From: Ionaspis alba
Taxonomy: Eukaryota
Length of the DNA stretch: 38,706 bases
Direction of reading: 5' to 3'
Assembly: GCA_964255285.1 (NCBI GenBank)
Contig: CAXUUL010000066.1
Coordinates: 1 to 38,706, forward strand
Under the pieces are notes generated by a model that saw only the letters and a list, made by a program, of their open reading frames with translations, made no database searches and was not told where the DNA came from. Below are positions 24,381 through 36,808 of this stretch, piece by piece (position 1 is the stretch's first letter; each line of letters starts with the position of its first letter). Position numbers and translations under genes: made by a program.

Positions 24381-24928
24381 ATGCCTAACTTCAACGGAAA
24401 ATGCCATTGTGGCCAGATGGAGTGGAGTGTCAAGATCGATGAGCCAGGCCATGTCTTGTGGTGAGTGAATAAAGTCCATGACTTGATATCTACCGTTCTA
24501 TCTCAAATGCATCACTGACGAGCACTGTACCCTGATATAGCCATTGCGACACCTGCAAACTCCTCGGGGGAGGAACATACACTCTAAACACCATCATCCC
24601 CAAAGACGACCTCAAGATCACCAAGGGCGAGCCCAAGACGTACACCTACTACGGTGATTCTGGTAAGGCTGCATTCCTTTTCCCATCTCAAAGCCGTGCC
24701 TCTCTAACAATCTCAACAGGCAAGCCCGTCCACTGCTACTACTGCCCCAATTGCACCTCGCACGTCTACCACCACCAGACCGTGCTCGGCGACAAGGTCG
24801 TTGTCCGTACCATTCTTCTCGAGGGCGGCAAGGATCTCAAGCCTGCTGCGGAGATCTTTGGCAAGGCGAAGTTGAGCTGGGAACCGCAGATTACGGAGAC
24901 CTTTGAAACGCTTCCTCCTGGGATGTAA
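24381..24928 (+). CDS. GFA / CENP-V / Mss4-like zinc protein (~136 aa); 3 exons, not in the ORF track
   Basis: Introns 24461-24540 and 24663-24719. The product MPNFNGKCHCGQMEW...LCHCDTCK...YYGDSGKPVHCYYCPNCTS has the GxCxCG, CHCxxC and CxxC motifs of the family. Confidence 0.9.
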
Positions 24929-25468
24929 GTGTTGGTTGGCAGAATAAATGGAGATGAGAGTTGGCTAGGCATGAACGGTGGGGAATGATTGTATATATCT
25001 TCGGTGCTAGTGGTCAGGACTGCAGAATGAGGCATTAGCAATGGACGATTGAGATTGGATGTTTTGCTGCTCTCTTTTTCGTAAGTTGTGATATGAGTGA
25101 TGAGAGAACGTGAGGACGTCTCAACAAATCGGATCCAAGACATTTGCGAGTATATATAGACCGCTCTATATCATCTTCCTGAGCGAAAGCATTATTAAAC
25201 GATCTTGACCTTCTATCCAAACCCTGCCTTCAACACCAAGATATTGCCCACGCCTTGCACAAACTCAGCATAACTTTATGCACCATCCCATCTTCATCAC
25301 CCAAATTATTTCACGGTCACCATCCGCACCAAACCTCCCAACCTTCTTGGTCTTCCAGCCCCTACTATACCGATCACCTCAAACTAGACGATTTCACACG
25401 CGCCTATTTGTCCTCACACTCGACCACCCTCTCCTTCAAACCCCAGCCAGCACCAAGCACAATTCACA

Positions 25469-26054
25469 ATGCCGCCCAAATCCGGCACATCAGGCCGAGC
25501 TATTGGCAGCGGTGGAGCAAAAGACTATGCCACGAGCGTATACAGGGAGGTGATGGCGCCAGAGAATCAGAGTGTGATACGGAGTGTGGCTCTCTTTGGG
25601 GTGAGTGCGCTCTTTACTTGCTCTTGCCAGAGCCATTGCCTGTACGGTTCACAGGTGGATGTTTTTCGTATGGCTACAGGGGAAAGGGCGAACGAGAGGA
25701 GTGCTTGGAGAGGCGATGTGGAGGTGGCGGATGGAGACTGACGGTGTTGCAGGCGGCTGTGGCGTTCTTTGCGAGTAGTTGGAGCGAGTACTTGTTGCCA
25801 CCGTGAGTTTCCCTTCCCAGGATCCCCTTCTGTTGCGGGTGTACACAAGGGAGAAGAGATGCCGGTACAGGTGCATCGGAGGATGGCTCTGTTGTGGGAC
25901 CGTGGTGGTGGAAAGAGGTGGTAAATTGGCAATTAGGAGAGGCGAACTTGAGTGGATGGGAGTACAAATTGGTTGAGCAGCAGAGAGATCGTGACAGATG
26001 GGCCTTTGGGCGCGGTGAGTCGACGCTCTATACTGACTTTCGGCCAGAGCCTGA
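25469..26054 (+). CDS. tom6: Mitochondrial import receptor subunit Tom6
   Basis: Exon 25469-25600 (MPPKSG...VYREVMAPENQSVIRSVALFG), intron 25601-25752, exon from 25753 (AAVAFFASSWSEYLLPP). It ends either at TGA 25804-25806 or, via intron 25803-26047, in a tiny exon giving ...PPA* at 26054. Resembles filamentous-fungal Tom6. Confidence 0.8.
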
Positions 26055-26766
26055 CCAGTTATTGGCGAGCGAGAGAAGATATTTGATGCTAAGAGATGTA
26101 ATATACAATAAGCGCTTGTTGCAAGGTTCGTGGGAAGAACTGGAAGCGCCAAGATGGCTGGGTGTGAGGTATATTGATACGGAATACGACCAGACAGGCA
26201 GGCATGCTTCTTTCATGCTGAAATTAGAGTAGGGAATGGGTGATCGTATCATACTCAACTCTCTAGGAGAGGTAGCGAAACAATGTACTACTCTCCTGTC
26301 ACTACATTGAACTTATTGGCAAGACTCGCCACCTTTGGAGGACTTGAAGCTCTGCAGCCTTGCCGAAACGTAGAATCCGTAGTTGATACCGAAAGGGCTA
26401 ATGTTACAGTTAAAGAATACCCAGTTGCGTAGCGCGTTCCAAGACCTTTGTAAATCATCCACACATCTGTCGACCATACCTATGTCCAGCTCACAAACCT
26501 GTTTCATAGCGGAGAATCCAAAGAGTGGGAGACAGCCAACATTGACGCTTGCGCAGTAACATAATCTACCCATGCCCGACCCGATAAGCTGAAACGACGC
26601 CGAAAGAAAACGAAATAGGCATGAAAACACGTTGAAGAAGATGACCGAAAGATACACGATATGTTGGTAACGTGGAAACCTGTATGAGATCTCCAACCAT
26701 TTGAGTTTTGAGCAGCCGATAGTGCTGTGGTCCCATCCTCGGCTACTATGCTCTCTGCGCCGCAGT

Positions 26767-29700
26767 TCATTGTTGGAAATCCGCATAGTCGATGTACTCT
26801 ACTGGCCAGCAGTAGCCCATATGTTCTTCTTGTTGTTTCTGAGTTGGGTTACTCGACTGAGTCATCAGGTTTGCTTGGTTGGTCGTAATATTGGCCTGAT
26901 TTTCCATGTTTGTAAACTGTGCCTGCACGTTCTGTGACGGTTGAAGGCTCGGGTGGAACGTATAGCCAGTATCGTTCAAGGGACTGGCTTGAGCGTAGAT
27001 AGTGGGGTGGTATACACCTGGTTGAGCTGGTACCTGGGCATTTTGTTGATGCTGCACTGGAGCTCTAATCGTCTGTTGTTGTGGCTGGAAGGGAGGGTCT
27101 TGGTTATATGAAGCGTCGGTCATTGGCTGGGAAGATGATCCCAGGCTGGCGCAGAGGCGTGCAAACGATGGTGAACGGTGAAAGATACTAAAGCCAGACT
27201 GCGACGGAGGATCAAATGCCTTTTCATCTGCTGGGGTATCGGAATGACTGGCAGGCATAGCCATTCTGTTTCCGTGTACTCCGGCCAAGTTCTGCTGAAC
27301 CGCGACCTCGTCCAGATTCTCGAAATGCATGTCTGCATCGGAGTAAGGTATGGTCGCTGGCGTCAATGGCGTCAGTATGTTGTTCTCTTGACTTGTGAGT
27401 GGCATAGGCTCCAGTTGCCACGGCTCGTTCATCCATAATCCGCTATACCTCTGCGAGGTAGTCGAATCTCGTCTTTGCCTAAAAGCAAGGTTTCGAGTTG
27501 CTGCCTTAGGCTTGTGGACTGAAGTAGGGGTGTGCCTTCGCATAGCCTTGACTCTAGTTCCTGGGTGGGTAGCCGATGTGGTTCGGTCGTGATCGTTGTT
27601 GCTAGTAAGTCCTTGTCTGTCGAGACCCTGGCGAAGCAGGGGAGAAGGAAGTGAAATTGAACGTTCTTCCAATCCTACTTCTCTAAAGGAGAGCGCTTCT
27701 TGCACCTCTGCCAAGCTTCCCTCAGTCTTGATTCCAGTGCGCAAACAGTCGAGTAGGTCACCGAGCTTTTCCAGCGTGGTGGCCGCAACGCGACGCACAC
27801 CCGACCTTTCCATTTCGGAAAAAGTACTATACGCCTGCTCCACCATTGTCAGGTCTTTCGTATCACCCGTCTCCAGCATTGATATGGCAAGGATCTTCGC
27901 TGCCTTGAAGGCTTGCTGCGGCATTGTCCAACAAGTCATTGTAGGACGAAGTCGAGTGTTAAAGAACTCGAAAGCGTGCAGTGATGCTCTACAAGATTCG
28001 AGCACTCGTTCCCTGCCTCGAAGGACCTTGCTTGTGGTGTGAGAGTCGACGACGAGGTCAATAGCTGAATCTTTGGTCGCAATCTGAGATTCACCTACTC
28101 GTCGTCGGTTAAGAAGTGTGAGGAAGTTGTGTTTCTCGGCGTACATTGAAGCTGCCTGTGCGGCGACATTGAAACTTGGAATGATCTTTTGTTTGTTGAG
28201 CCAAGTCTTGCTGAATCGAGCTTGCCCATGGAGGACATCCTCTAATCCCAGTAGCTGGTCCGTAAAGTTATCAATCCGAGCATCAGACAGATAGTCAGTT
28301 GACAAAATTTGCCGTGCTAAGGTCGTGAACTGAGCCGTGTGATGTGTAAAGGTCTGAACCACTTGGTCTTGAAGAAGCAGCTGTGGAGCAGGACAATCCC
28401 CCGGACTTGATATACCTAAAGGGCGATCCAGAGCCATGGAAAGTTTCTGGTCGGTGTAAAGGATCTGCCACCACAGATTCCTCCTTACGATAGCTTCTTC
28501 GGCTGATATGATTTGACTCAATAAACTTGGGTTTCGATGCACTAGAATTTTAGCAGTGACTGACGAGGGGGAAACTTTTGAAGGTTTTTTACATACAGCC
28601 GATTCCCTGGGCCAATCTAATTGTAATTCCAAACAAAGCCCAGGCGTCAAGAAATTTGGCCGTAGAAGCCAGGTATGTACCAATTACCAGAAGGGTCTGG
28701 ATCACGGTAATTGTTGGCCGGTTCATGAACGATGCCGTTCTCAATGCCTGCATTGATGCAGCAACTAGAGTGGTCAGAGTGGCTTGGATGATGCGACAGC
28801 TAGGTATTCTCACTGAGAACATCGCTCTTCTTGCTCTCCGGTTGACCTCCTTCTGGAATATGCTGCTGACCACCTTCGAGAGCGATCCTTCGGCCCTGAG
28901 CGAGGATGGCAAATAGTAGAGCCAGCACATCGGGATGAATGAGAGCGTTGTGGTCAACGTTGCTCAGAAAGCGTTCTACTTCTTTCGTACTGCACTTCTC
29001 TGGCATTGGAGCAAAGGAAGAAGCTTGAGCGCTATTTTCGTACGCTGCAAGAGACGTATAGATCTCATCTTCGTCGTCTAGCAGCTGAATGAGAGAAGAG
29101 CCACCATCTCTGGCTGGCCACAAAGTCGGAAAAGGATGCGACGTGGCCATTTGGATTGCAAAGAAGTCCACAGCCGGCGAGCCAGAAATCCTCGCGTTGG
29201 CAGCTTTCGTGCCAACTGAGAGGTTGGTGAACTAAGACGTCAGCATTAACGACACTCCTATGGACCACTGACTGACTTCTCGGATGACACTTCCCATACA
29301 TGGTGAGCCAAAAGGATAAGAATTCTCTGCGGAATTCTCCTTTCGAAGGCGCTTGTGCTTCAGCTTCGAAGGCTTGTTAGGTATCTCTGGAGCAGGGCCT
29401 GTCTTCCGTTTGGTACGGGATCCAGAGCATGAATCCGACAACTCAGACTTATTTGATTGAGAATGAAGGAGCTTAACCACTTCTTCGAGACGAGCGATTT
29501 CTCGATCTTTTTCCTTGAGTGCCTCAGCCTGGAGAATAGGGTGTCTCTCGGTCTCTGTCAAATCGTAGTGACAGAGTTCAGCAATCTGGTGTAGAGAGCA
29601 TGCAGTGCATGGCTGCACACGGTCACACTGACGGCAAGCTTAGTACCTCTGGGAACTCGTAAAGAAATTTCATATACCTTGACTTTACGAGATCTGCAAG

Positions 29701-29830
29701 CGTTACACGACAACTGAGGACGTTTGGACTTTTCTCGAGTTTGAGATGGTCGTGGTCCCATTCCATGTGGCGGTATAGTATTACCTGAGGATGCTGACGA
29801 GCTGAAAACCTCAACTTTCGGGGCAGACAT
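26767..29830 (-). CDS. Zn(II)2Cys6 transcription factor with fungal TF domain; 5 exons
   Basis: Introns 29677-29628, 29276-29232, 28813-28765 and 28596-28542. Zinc cluster SCNACRSRKVK|CDRVQPCTACSLHQIAELC. Middle region IRLAQGIGLHRNP...RRNLWWQILYTDQKLSMALDRPLGI. Confidence 0.9.
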
Positions 29831-31713
29831 GCTTTTTGACCGAACGAAGGAACACACAGAGCGCATAAATCATCGCATCATCCAAAGACTAAAACAGATA
29901 TCGTGATATAATGTGAGAATCTGTGTGTATTGCAGTCTCGAACGTCACCCTTTGACCAGAAGGTTAGAAGCGTTCCTATAAGTGTGTAGACCCTGAGGGT
30001 CATGGAAAAGTGAAGGTGCCTGCGAGTAGAGATACAAAAAGCCGGGCAGCAGAATGTAACAGCTAGAAACGACTGGACAAAGTAGGCGACGTACGATGCC
30101 AATCAGCAGGTGCCGTAATGAGACGATTGGCTCTCGGTCACTGAGGGTACTTGCATACTCGCAGATCATTGGGCTCAGAACAATATAGCCACTCTAAACG
30201 TTGCCAATATAGTTGACTCGAAGGGCCTCTACTTCAACTTCCCTCGGCGACAGTCTGATTCATTGTTTGGGCTCCATCAAGTGTTATCGCATGTATGCAA
30301 TCCGATTGTTGGTGACACAAGCCCCTAAGGTGGCTTGCAGCGGATTGCTTACTTGGATCTGTCCTTGAACCCTCGTAGCTGGCTACGACACGGCACGGCC
30401 GACATGATGAATATCCGGGGAAACAAATTTCGATGCATGTTCAATGCATATAGGTAGCGTGCTACTCGCAGCTTCTCATAAGAGACGAGAATGTGCAAAT
30501 CAGAGGCATTAAGTGATGTGATATTGCGAAAACAAAGAGTAGCCTAGCTGATCCCGTCTCCGATAACACACCTTAAAGACTCTCGTGTAAAGATGGAAGA
30601 GACTTCTGTTGCTGCACAAAAGCCAGGACTCTGTCTACTCGAGAAAGGATGTCTAGGATTAGGGAAATGTGATGTCATGGATTGCGACCTGCGAGCGTGG
30701 ATAGTAACTCCTTACAGGCGCCACGAGTAACGTCCCATTCCGAGACGGCCTGACTCGACTCAGGTAGAGGGATGAAAGAGGTCTTTGTTCTGTTGTGTAT
30801 GTAGGTAAAGGGCTGAAGGCAGTAAAGCGATCGAGCTTAGGCGAGGGAGGTAAGGCGAGCCAATGACAGGCGAAGTAACTGCAGCGCACTCACCCATCAG
30901 CAACTTTCTAGAAGCACGCATCAATTAACGTACATGGAGCGTAGATCCTCCCATACCGCTGTCAAGACCCGTTGTGGCAAAAATCAATTTCGCAATCCCT
31001 TGTCTAGATCCTATGCACCTTCACCATAATCTTACCGCATGGCCGTCCCAAGCACTGCGGGCCGCGGCCCTTTTTGAACGACTGCCGATCGTGGACAGTA
31101 CTGCAGCAACCAAAGATTTGTAATTGCTGCATCCATTACAGAAGGTGGCTCCTGCGATAAACGCCTCGACGATCCGACATTGTCCAAGTAATTCTCTCGA
31201 GTCCTGGCGGTACGCGTGGGATGCCTGCGACATGTCACACAAAACTGAAGTGCAGAGGGGCATCCGTTGTTACACCACAACAAGAAAAACAGTGAACGCT
31301 TCTTCGTCTCCGGATTTCTCGCAGTTTACTCGCCGACTTGGCTCTGTGAATGCATCCCCGGGTCCTGTCGAGTTTCTGGTAGTCGGGTCCGATTGATGCA
31401 TGAAGACTGACCCTTGATGCATCGATATGATACTTTCCGCGCCTATCAATTCCTTGAAAGTCCGCCCACAGCCGCCCTCAGTGAGAATGCTCTGGTCCCC
31501 TCATAACGTACCACAAGATTTCGCAGCCAGACCGACCTTACATGAACCCACGATCTGAGACTTGGATTTGATTCGGTACCGCATCGAACAAGGATGTGCT
31601 TTTGGGGTCCAAGGTGTTGGATCTCGCACCCACACCAGATAGAACGCCCCCGCTGGACAACAGCCCTTCCACGAATCGAAACCTCTCGCGCGATCGATGC
31701 AAGCTGTGTCAGG

Positions 31714-34558
31714 TCAGTTGATGTGCGCGCGCAACCAATCTGCATTGGCATCAATCGAAAAGTTGTTAATGTTTACTTGGCCGGCGATGTCGAATTCCTG
31801 CAGGCTCGAGTCAATGGCGCCTCCCATGGGTGCCATCATCGGCGTTGGAATCCTGGGGTAATTGAAGAAGTCAAACGTCTCTAGGTAGTCTAGCTCGTTA
31901 GCCATGGGATCTCGCGCCGGGGCTCGCCAGGCCGGCTGTGACGCTGACTGTCGAGACTGGCTCGAGACAAGCAAGATATCTATTTCGTAGGCACATCTCC
32001 GCATATCTGCAAGAATTCTGACACTCGAAGGCGTCGACGCTTGACCCTCAATTTGTCGATGCGACTGGTATTCTTGATACTCTTCTACCACACGTTGGAG
32101 TATTGTGCAATATCGTGCCGCGACTGGCCAGTGCCGGCCCATCTCACACAAAGTGTGGATGAGGAAATGAATGTCCTGACTGACGTAGGTTTCGATTGTC
32201 GATCCGTGGACGAGTAGTACTCTTGCAGCGACCCACAAAGCGAATCCAAATGGCGGACCAAGCTTGCTAAGGATCTCCTTACGCACAACATATTGCGCCA
32301 ATGCGACAATATTCTCCACAGCACTGTAGCATTGTTGCCCAGCCGAGTATGAAGGTGTGAAGATTGGAGACTTATGGGGTGGGTACGCTGCAGAAGAGTG
32401 CAGTCGAATTAATGTACTGGGATCTAAAGTCAGCATGCCAAGGTCCCGACAGTGTGCCGATGGACGGCGCCTCACGTATAGTAGGCCGCTTGTAGCAGTA
32501 TCCAGCCACAGCTTACTGGATCTGCTGCATCCCCGTCAACAGGCTCGGACAGTCTTGCCATATTGGAATATGCATCCGGCAAGCTACGATGCCACGATCT
32601 GAGAGTGCTATTCAACTCCCGATACGAGTGCTGCCACTTTTCGATGTCTGCCAAAGCACTGATATCCACAGGACGTTTCAGGAACTTGTGAATTCGTGAT
32701 AGCATTCCCTTGACTTCGATGTGGTAGGAAAATGTTCCGAGGGTAGCTGATTGAATCGTAGTATTCGAGGTCGGTATCCCATATTTTCCAAAGTACCGGG
32801 TTTCGACTGCCTGGTTCAGCGCGAAATAGTCATCGCGACATGGTAGTCTTCGGTCTATGTCTCTCTCATCCATCGCAAACTCGAAAGCTGTAGCTACAGT
32901 CGTGTCTCTGTCCAATACGTAGACCATCCAGAATAGTCTGCGCCGACATTCGTCCTCGATCCAGTTCTCCGGATCGGGCAGAATCGTTGCGCGCAAGGTG
33001 CTTATGGAAGGATAATCTGGGTTGACCGACGTAGAAGTTGTCTCGGTGGCTAGTCCAAGCTGAATAGCAGACCTAGTAATGAGAGCTAGGAGTTTCAGAC
33101 AAGCTCCGCCATGCTTCATACCCACGTAGTCCAAAGCCAGGATTACCAGGGCTTGGAGTCCGCCCACTGACGAATTTTCAAGACCATAAAGAAGCACTTT
33201 TTGTTTTGAGTCATCATGATAACGTTGTCGAGTCTGTTCATCGAGCCGTGGATCTGCCGAGAATCGAAGGCTGGTGGCAACAATTGCATGGAGTAATACT
33301 CTATCGCTCTGTTCGATGGAAGGAAATCTCATAACCATGCTAAGCATAGTTCGACGATCAAGGATCGGACACCAAGCGTGAACGTGCTCGAAGAATGAAT
33401 CCACAAGTGCATACAATAGATCGTACGGCGGAAGGCCATGCTGTTCAACATTCAGAATGGCTTGCTCACTCTTAGCACTACCATTCAGATATGCTGCCGC
33501 CGGTTGATTCACTGGTGAGAGTTGCTGCTGAAGCTGCTCTTGAACGACATTCGGTATCATCTGGACCGATGCTACTCTCTCTGCTGATTGAATAGACGGA
33601 CTCTCGGTTCGAGTGAGGTCTTGGAGTAGTCGACTATGGGTCTGGATCAATTCTTCCACCTTGCCTGGTATATTACCTTAGCTTTGGACTTTCCTGTGAT
33701 TAAGAATATAGATGAAATAAATCAACGAGGCAAAGATTGCATCCACTTCTACCAGACAAGATCCCACGTAAAGGGACTGTCGTATGCCCCGTCTCGTTGC
33801 AGTAACCTGCCGATATCCGTCGAACACCCCTGGTTGGCCTCCCCTCAGCTCGCGAGCGGAGAATGGTACTTACCAAGTCGACGTTCAAGGTCACGTCCAT
33901 ATCCAGCTCTCAGTCCGGGTTTCTTACGTTCCTTGTACTCGCACACCTTTTGGTTGGCAATGCACCACCCACAGCTTGGCTGACCCCGATCGCATTTGCC
34001 TTTACGTATTTGACCTGCGAGAACGTGTCCGATCAGCTTTACCACTCAACTCCTCACTTCGTAACGTATCATCCACGGAACGTAAGGACAGGCAGCCTTT
34101 GCAGATGGTGCACAATTCTATAATTACGAGCGCACAGTCAAATCATTTCAGCATCACGTCCGTAGATTGCGACTGGATCATTTGTGAGGCCAGCGATAAA
34201 ATGGAGATTCATAGCTGAAAATACACAACACGGAGCTCTCTCAATATTCACGGATTGCTTTAATGCGAGAACCGTCCTTGGTCCCGCAAAACAAATCAAG
34301 AGAACAACATTGGTTGAGAAGACTATACAACTTTCGATCAACTCAAACTTGTAACTTACATTGCTCACAGTTGGTGCACATCGGCCTACCAACAGAGGAG
34401 AGTCTGGCTTTCTTCCTGGTTCCATGGTTGGCATCATGTCCATCTTCGTCCTCCTCATACTCGTCCTGCACGTTGTCTTCACTGTAAGCTACAGTAGGTG
34501 ATAGCCCGTGACGATTGCCGTCATCAAACCGACGGTATTGATTCGACCGGTGGTCCAT
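31714..34558 (-). CDS. rhaR: Zn(II)2Cys6 transcription factor, probable L-rhamnose regulator (RhaR/PDR-1-like)
   Basis: Exon 1 from 34558 (MDHRSNQ...RPMCTN), intron to 34015, exon CQIRKGKCDRGQPSCGWCIANQKVCEYKERKKPGLRAGYGRDLERRL, intron 33873-33665, large exon with LPPYDLLYALVD and WIEDECRRRLFWMVYVLDR, intron 32475-32417, last exon TLIRLHSSAAYP. The rhaR call rests mainly on its position next to the L-rhamnonate dehydratase gene, as in Aspergillus and Neurospora. Confidence 0.8.
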
Positions 34559-34866
34559 AATTGCGATGGAGGAGAAGCGGGACAAAATTCTGCGCGATCC
34601 GGTTTAAAGATGGCCCAGAGCTGCCCGCGACCGCGGCCGGATGGGGTAGATCCACCAAACCCTTCAGGATCCAGCCACAGAGCAATTCCAAGGACCATGG
34701 CTAGCCAATTGTATTTAATCAGAAGCTCGCTGGAAGAGCAATAAGATGTAGTATACACTCCAATGCATTCCATTCTTGTTAAATACTAGATTCCGTTTGT
34801 AATATTCAATTTGCCGTTTCTGTTCTCATCAGCACTCCCATCGTTAGCCTTTTACTTTGCTACATT
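34559..34866. promoter_or_regulatory. Short divergent promoter between the RhaR-like TF and L-rhamnonate dehydratase
   Basis: 308 nt between two divergent ATGs, with a cluster of CGG/CCG triplets at 34578-34654. Confidence 0.6.
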
Positions 34867-36250
34867 ATGGCTTCTCAACAAGCACGCAGCTTCCCAAAGA
34901 TCAAAGAAATCAGGACCTTCTTAATCGAAGGCGTTGGATCTGGTGGCGACTATCACAATGTATGCGCTTGATGATTTCGAAACTTTTCACACCTGACCAT
35001 GTTCAGGTCAAAGGCGGCCATTGGCTCATCGACAGTCCAATAGCTACCCCTATGTCAAAATGGGAGCAGTATCGAGGCTCGAGGACCAGTTGGGGTATCA
35101 ACGTCTTGGGATCTTTCTGCGTTGAGATTGAGGCAACGGACGGTACCAAAGGCTTTGCTACCGGATTTGGAGGTCCACCAGCATGCTGGCTTGTAGCTCA
35201 GCATTTCGAGAGATTTCTGCTCAACGCAGGTAGGAAACCCTCGTCCCATGTTTCAAGAGATTGCATTGACATTACGCAGATCCCAGGGATACGAATCATC
35301 TTTTTGAGCAAATGTATCGCGCTTGCATGTTTTATGGTCGCAAAGGCCTTCCAATTGCTGTCATCTCGGTAATCGACCTTGCCATATGGGATCTTCTGGG
35401 CAAAATCCGCAACGAGCCTGTCTACAAGCTGATAGGAGGCGCAACTCGTTCAAGACTAAGCTTCTATTGTACCGGACCCGAACCAGCTCACGCCAAGTCG
35501 ATGGGCTTCATCGGGGCCAAGGTTCCTTTACCATATGGCCCGGATGAAGGTATCACTGGCCTTAGGAAGAACGTCGAATTTCTTCGGAAGCATCGCGAGT
35601 CTGTTGGGTCTGACTTCCCGTTGAGAGTCGACTGCTACATGAGCTTGAACGTCTCCTACACCATCGATCTGGTCAAAGCCTGTCTCGACCTCAATATAGA
35701 CTGGTGGGAAGAGTGTCTATCTCCTGATGACTCAGATGGCTTTGAACAGATCAAAAGGGCACATCCCACCGTCAAGTTCACCACAGGCGAACACGAGTAC
35801 TCGCGTTACGGCTTCCGCAAACTGATCGAAGGTCGCAATCTGGACATCCTGCAACCGGATGTGATGTGGGTGGGTGGTATGACCGAGCTCCTGAAAGTGT
35901 CCGCAATGGCATCCGCTTATGACATTCCGGTCGTACCGCACGCGAGTGGGCCTTACAGCTACCACTTTGTAGTCTCACAATCGAATTCTCCCTTCCAAGA
36001 ATATTTGGCTAATTCGCCCGATGGCCAATCCGTGCTTCCCGTCTTTGGTGATCTCTTCCTGAATGAACCGATGCCGACAAAGGGGTATCTGGATGTGGAG
36101 GAGTTAGATAAGCCTGGATTTGGCTTGGAGCTAAATCCAGCAGCAAGACTGATACCTGCTAAGAATGTACTCAATCCTGCGCCTGAAAAGACACTGGGAG
36201 ACCGATTCAGGGGAGGGAAGCATGAGGAGGTTAATGGAAAAGGGGTGTAG
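34867..36250 (+). CDS. lraC: L-rhamnonate dehydratase (enolase/mandelate racemase superfamily); 3 exons
   Basis: Introns 34960-35006 and 35230-35279. Motifs GSGGDYHNVKGGHWLID, RTSWGINVLGS, YGRKG, IDLAIWDLLGK, RVDCYMSL, WWEECL, TTGEHEY, QPDVMWVGG and VVPH are typical of RhmD/LRA3. Confidence 0.92.
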
Positions 36251-36800
36251 GAGAGACATGGTACTGGTTCTCTTAGCAACACCCTAAAATCATGTGCTAT
36301 GAAAAAGAATATGGACATTCATTGCATTCGCAGTCCCAGTCCCATGGAGATGGGCCGAAGCAGCAGTTGCTGGTGTATGTGTTACCCATTTTCGGAAATT
36401 ATTTCCATGACTGAAACGGTCTTGTACAACAACAATAATTGGATGCAACCCTACAAATCATGTCCACGGTACTTGCCATGTATTCGTAACTATCATCTTC
36501 TGTTTGAGAGATAACTCGCAACTTGGTTCGTCCTTGTTATAGACCGGGTCGATTGCACCGGAAACCGAAATCTCGACAGTCGATGCTGTTGAGGACAACA
36601 GCATAAGGTTGAAGTTGAAGGAGCATTAAAGCTCAACCTTGATCGACCACACATAAAGCCACTATGTCATGCTTGTGTTACTCTTGAGGAACCACCACCA
36701 CTCCCGCCTTTCATCCGATCTTCAACATTATTTCCACAGCGTCTCCTTGCCTTTGGTATAGCCCAATTACCGATATTGCCTCAGAAAACAAGCTAGAGCA

Positions 36801-36808
36801 TGACGTCA
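36801..36808. promoter_or_regulatory. CRE/ATF-type bZIP palindrome TGACGTCA upstream of the alcohol dehydrogenase
   Basis: Exact TGACGTCA about 540 nt before the ADH start. Function is inferred only. Confidence 0.35.

Noticed and set aside
25631..25678. Hairpin followed by ACA in Tom6 intron 1, suggesting an H/ACA snoRNA
   Set aside because: The internal loop is very asymmetric, the distance to ACA is too long, and there is no convincing second hairpin with an H box.
26313..26786. 157-aa minus-strand ORF downstream of the second Zn2Cys6 gene
   Set aside because: It overlaps that gene's stop codon and likely 3' UTR, and has no recognisable domain.
29878..31713. Short ORFs in the 1.8-kb interval between two TF genes
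   Set aside because: No coherent spliced gene or motif found; more likely a long leader, promoter and 3' UTR.
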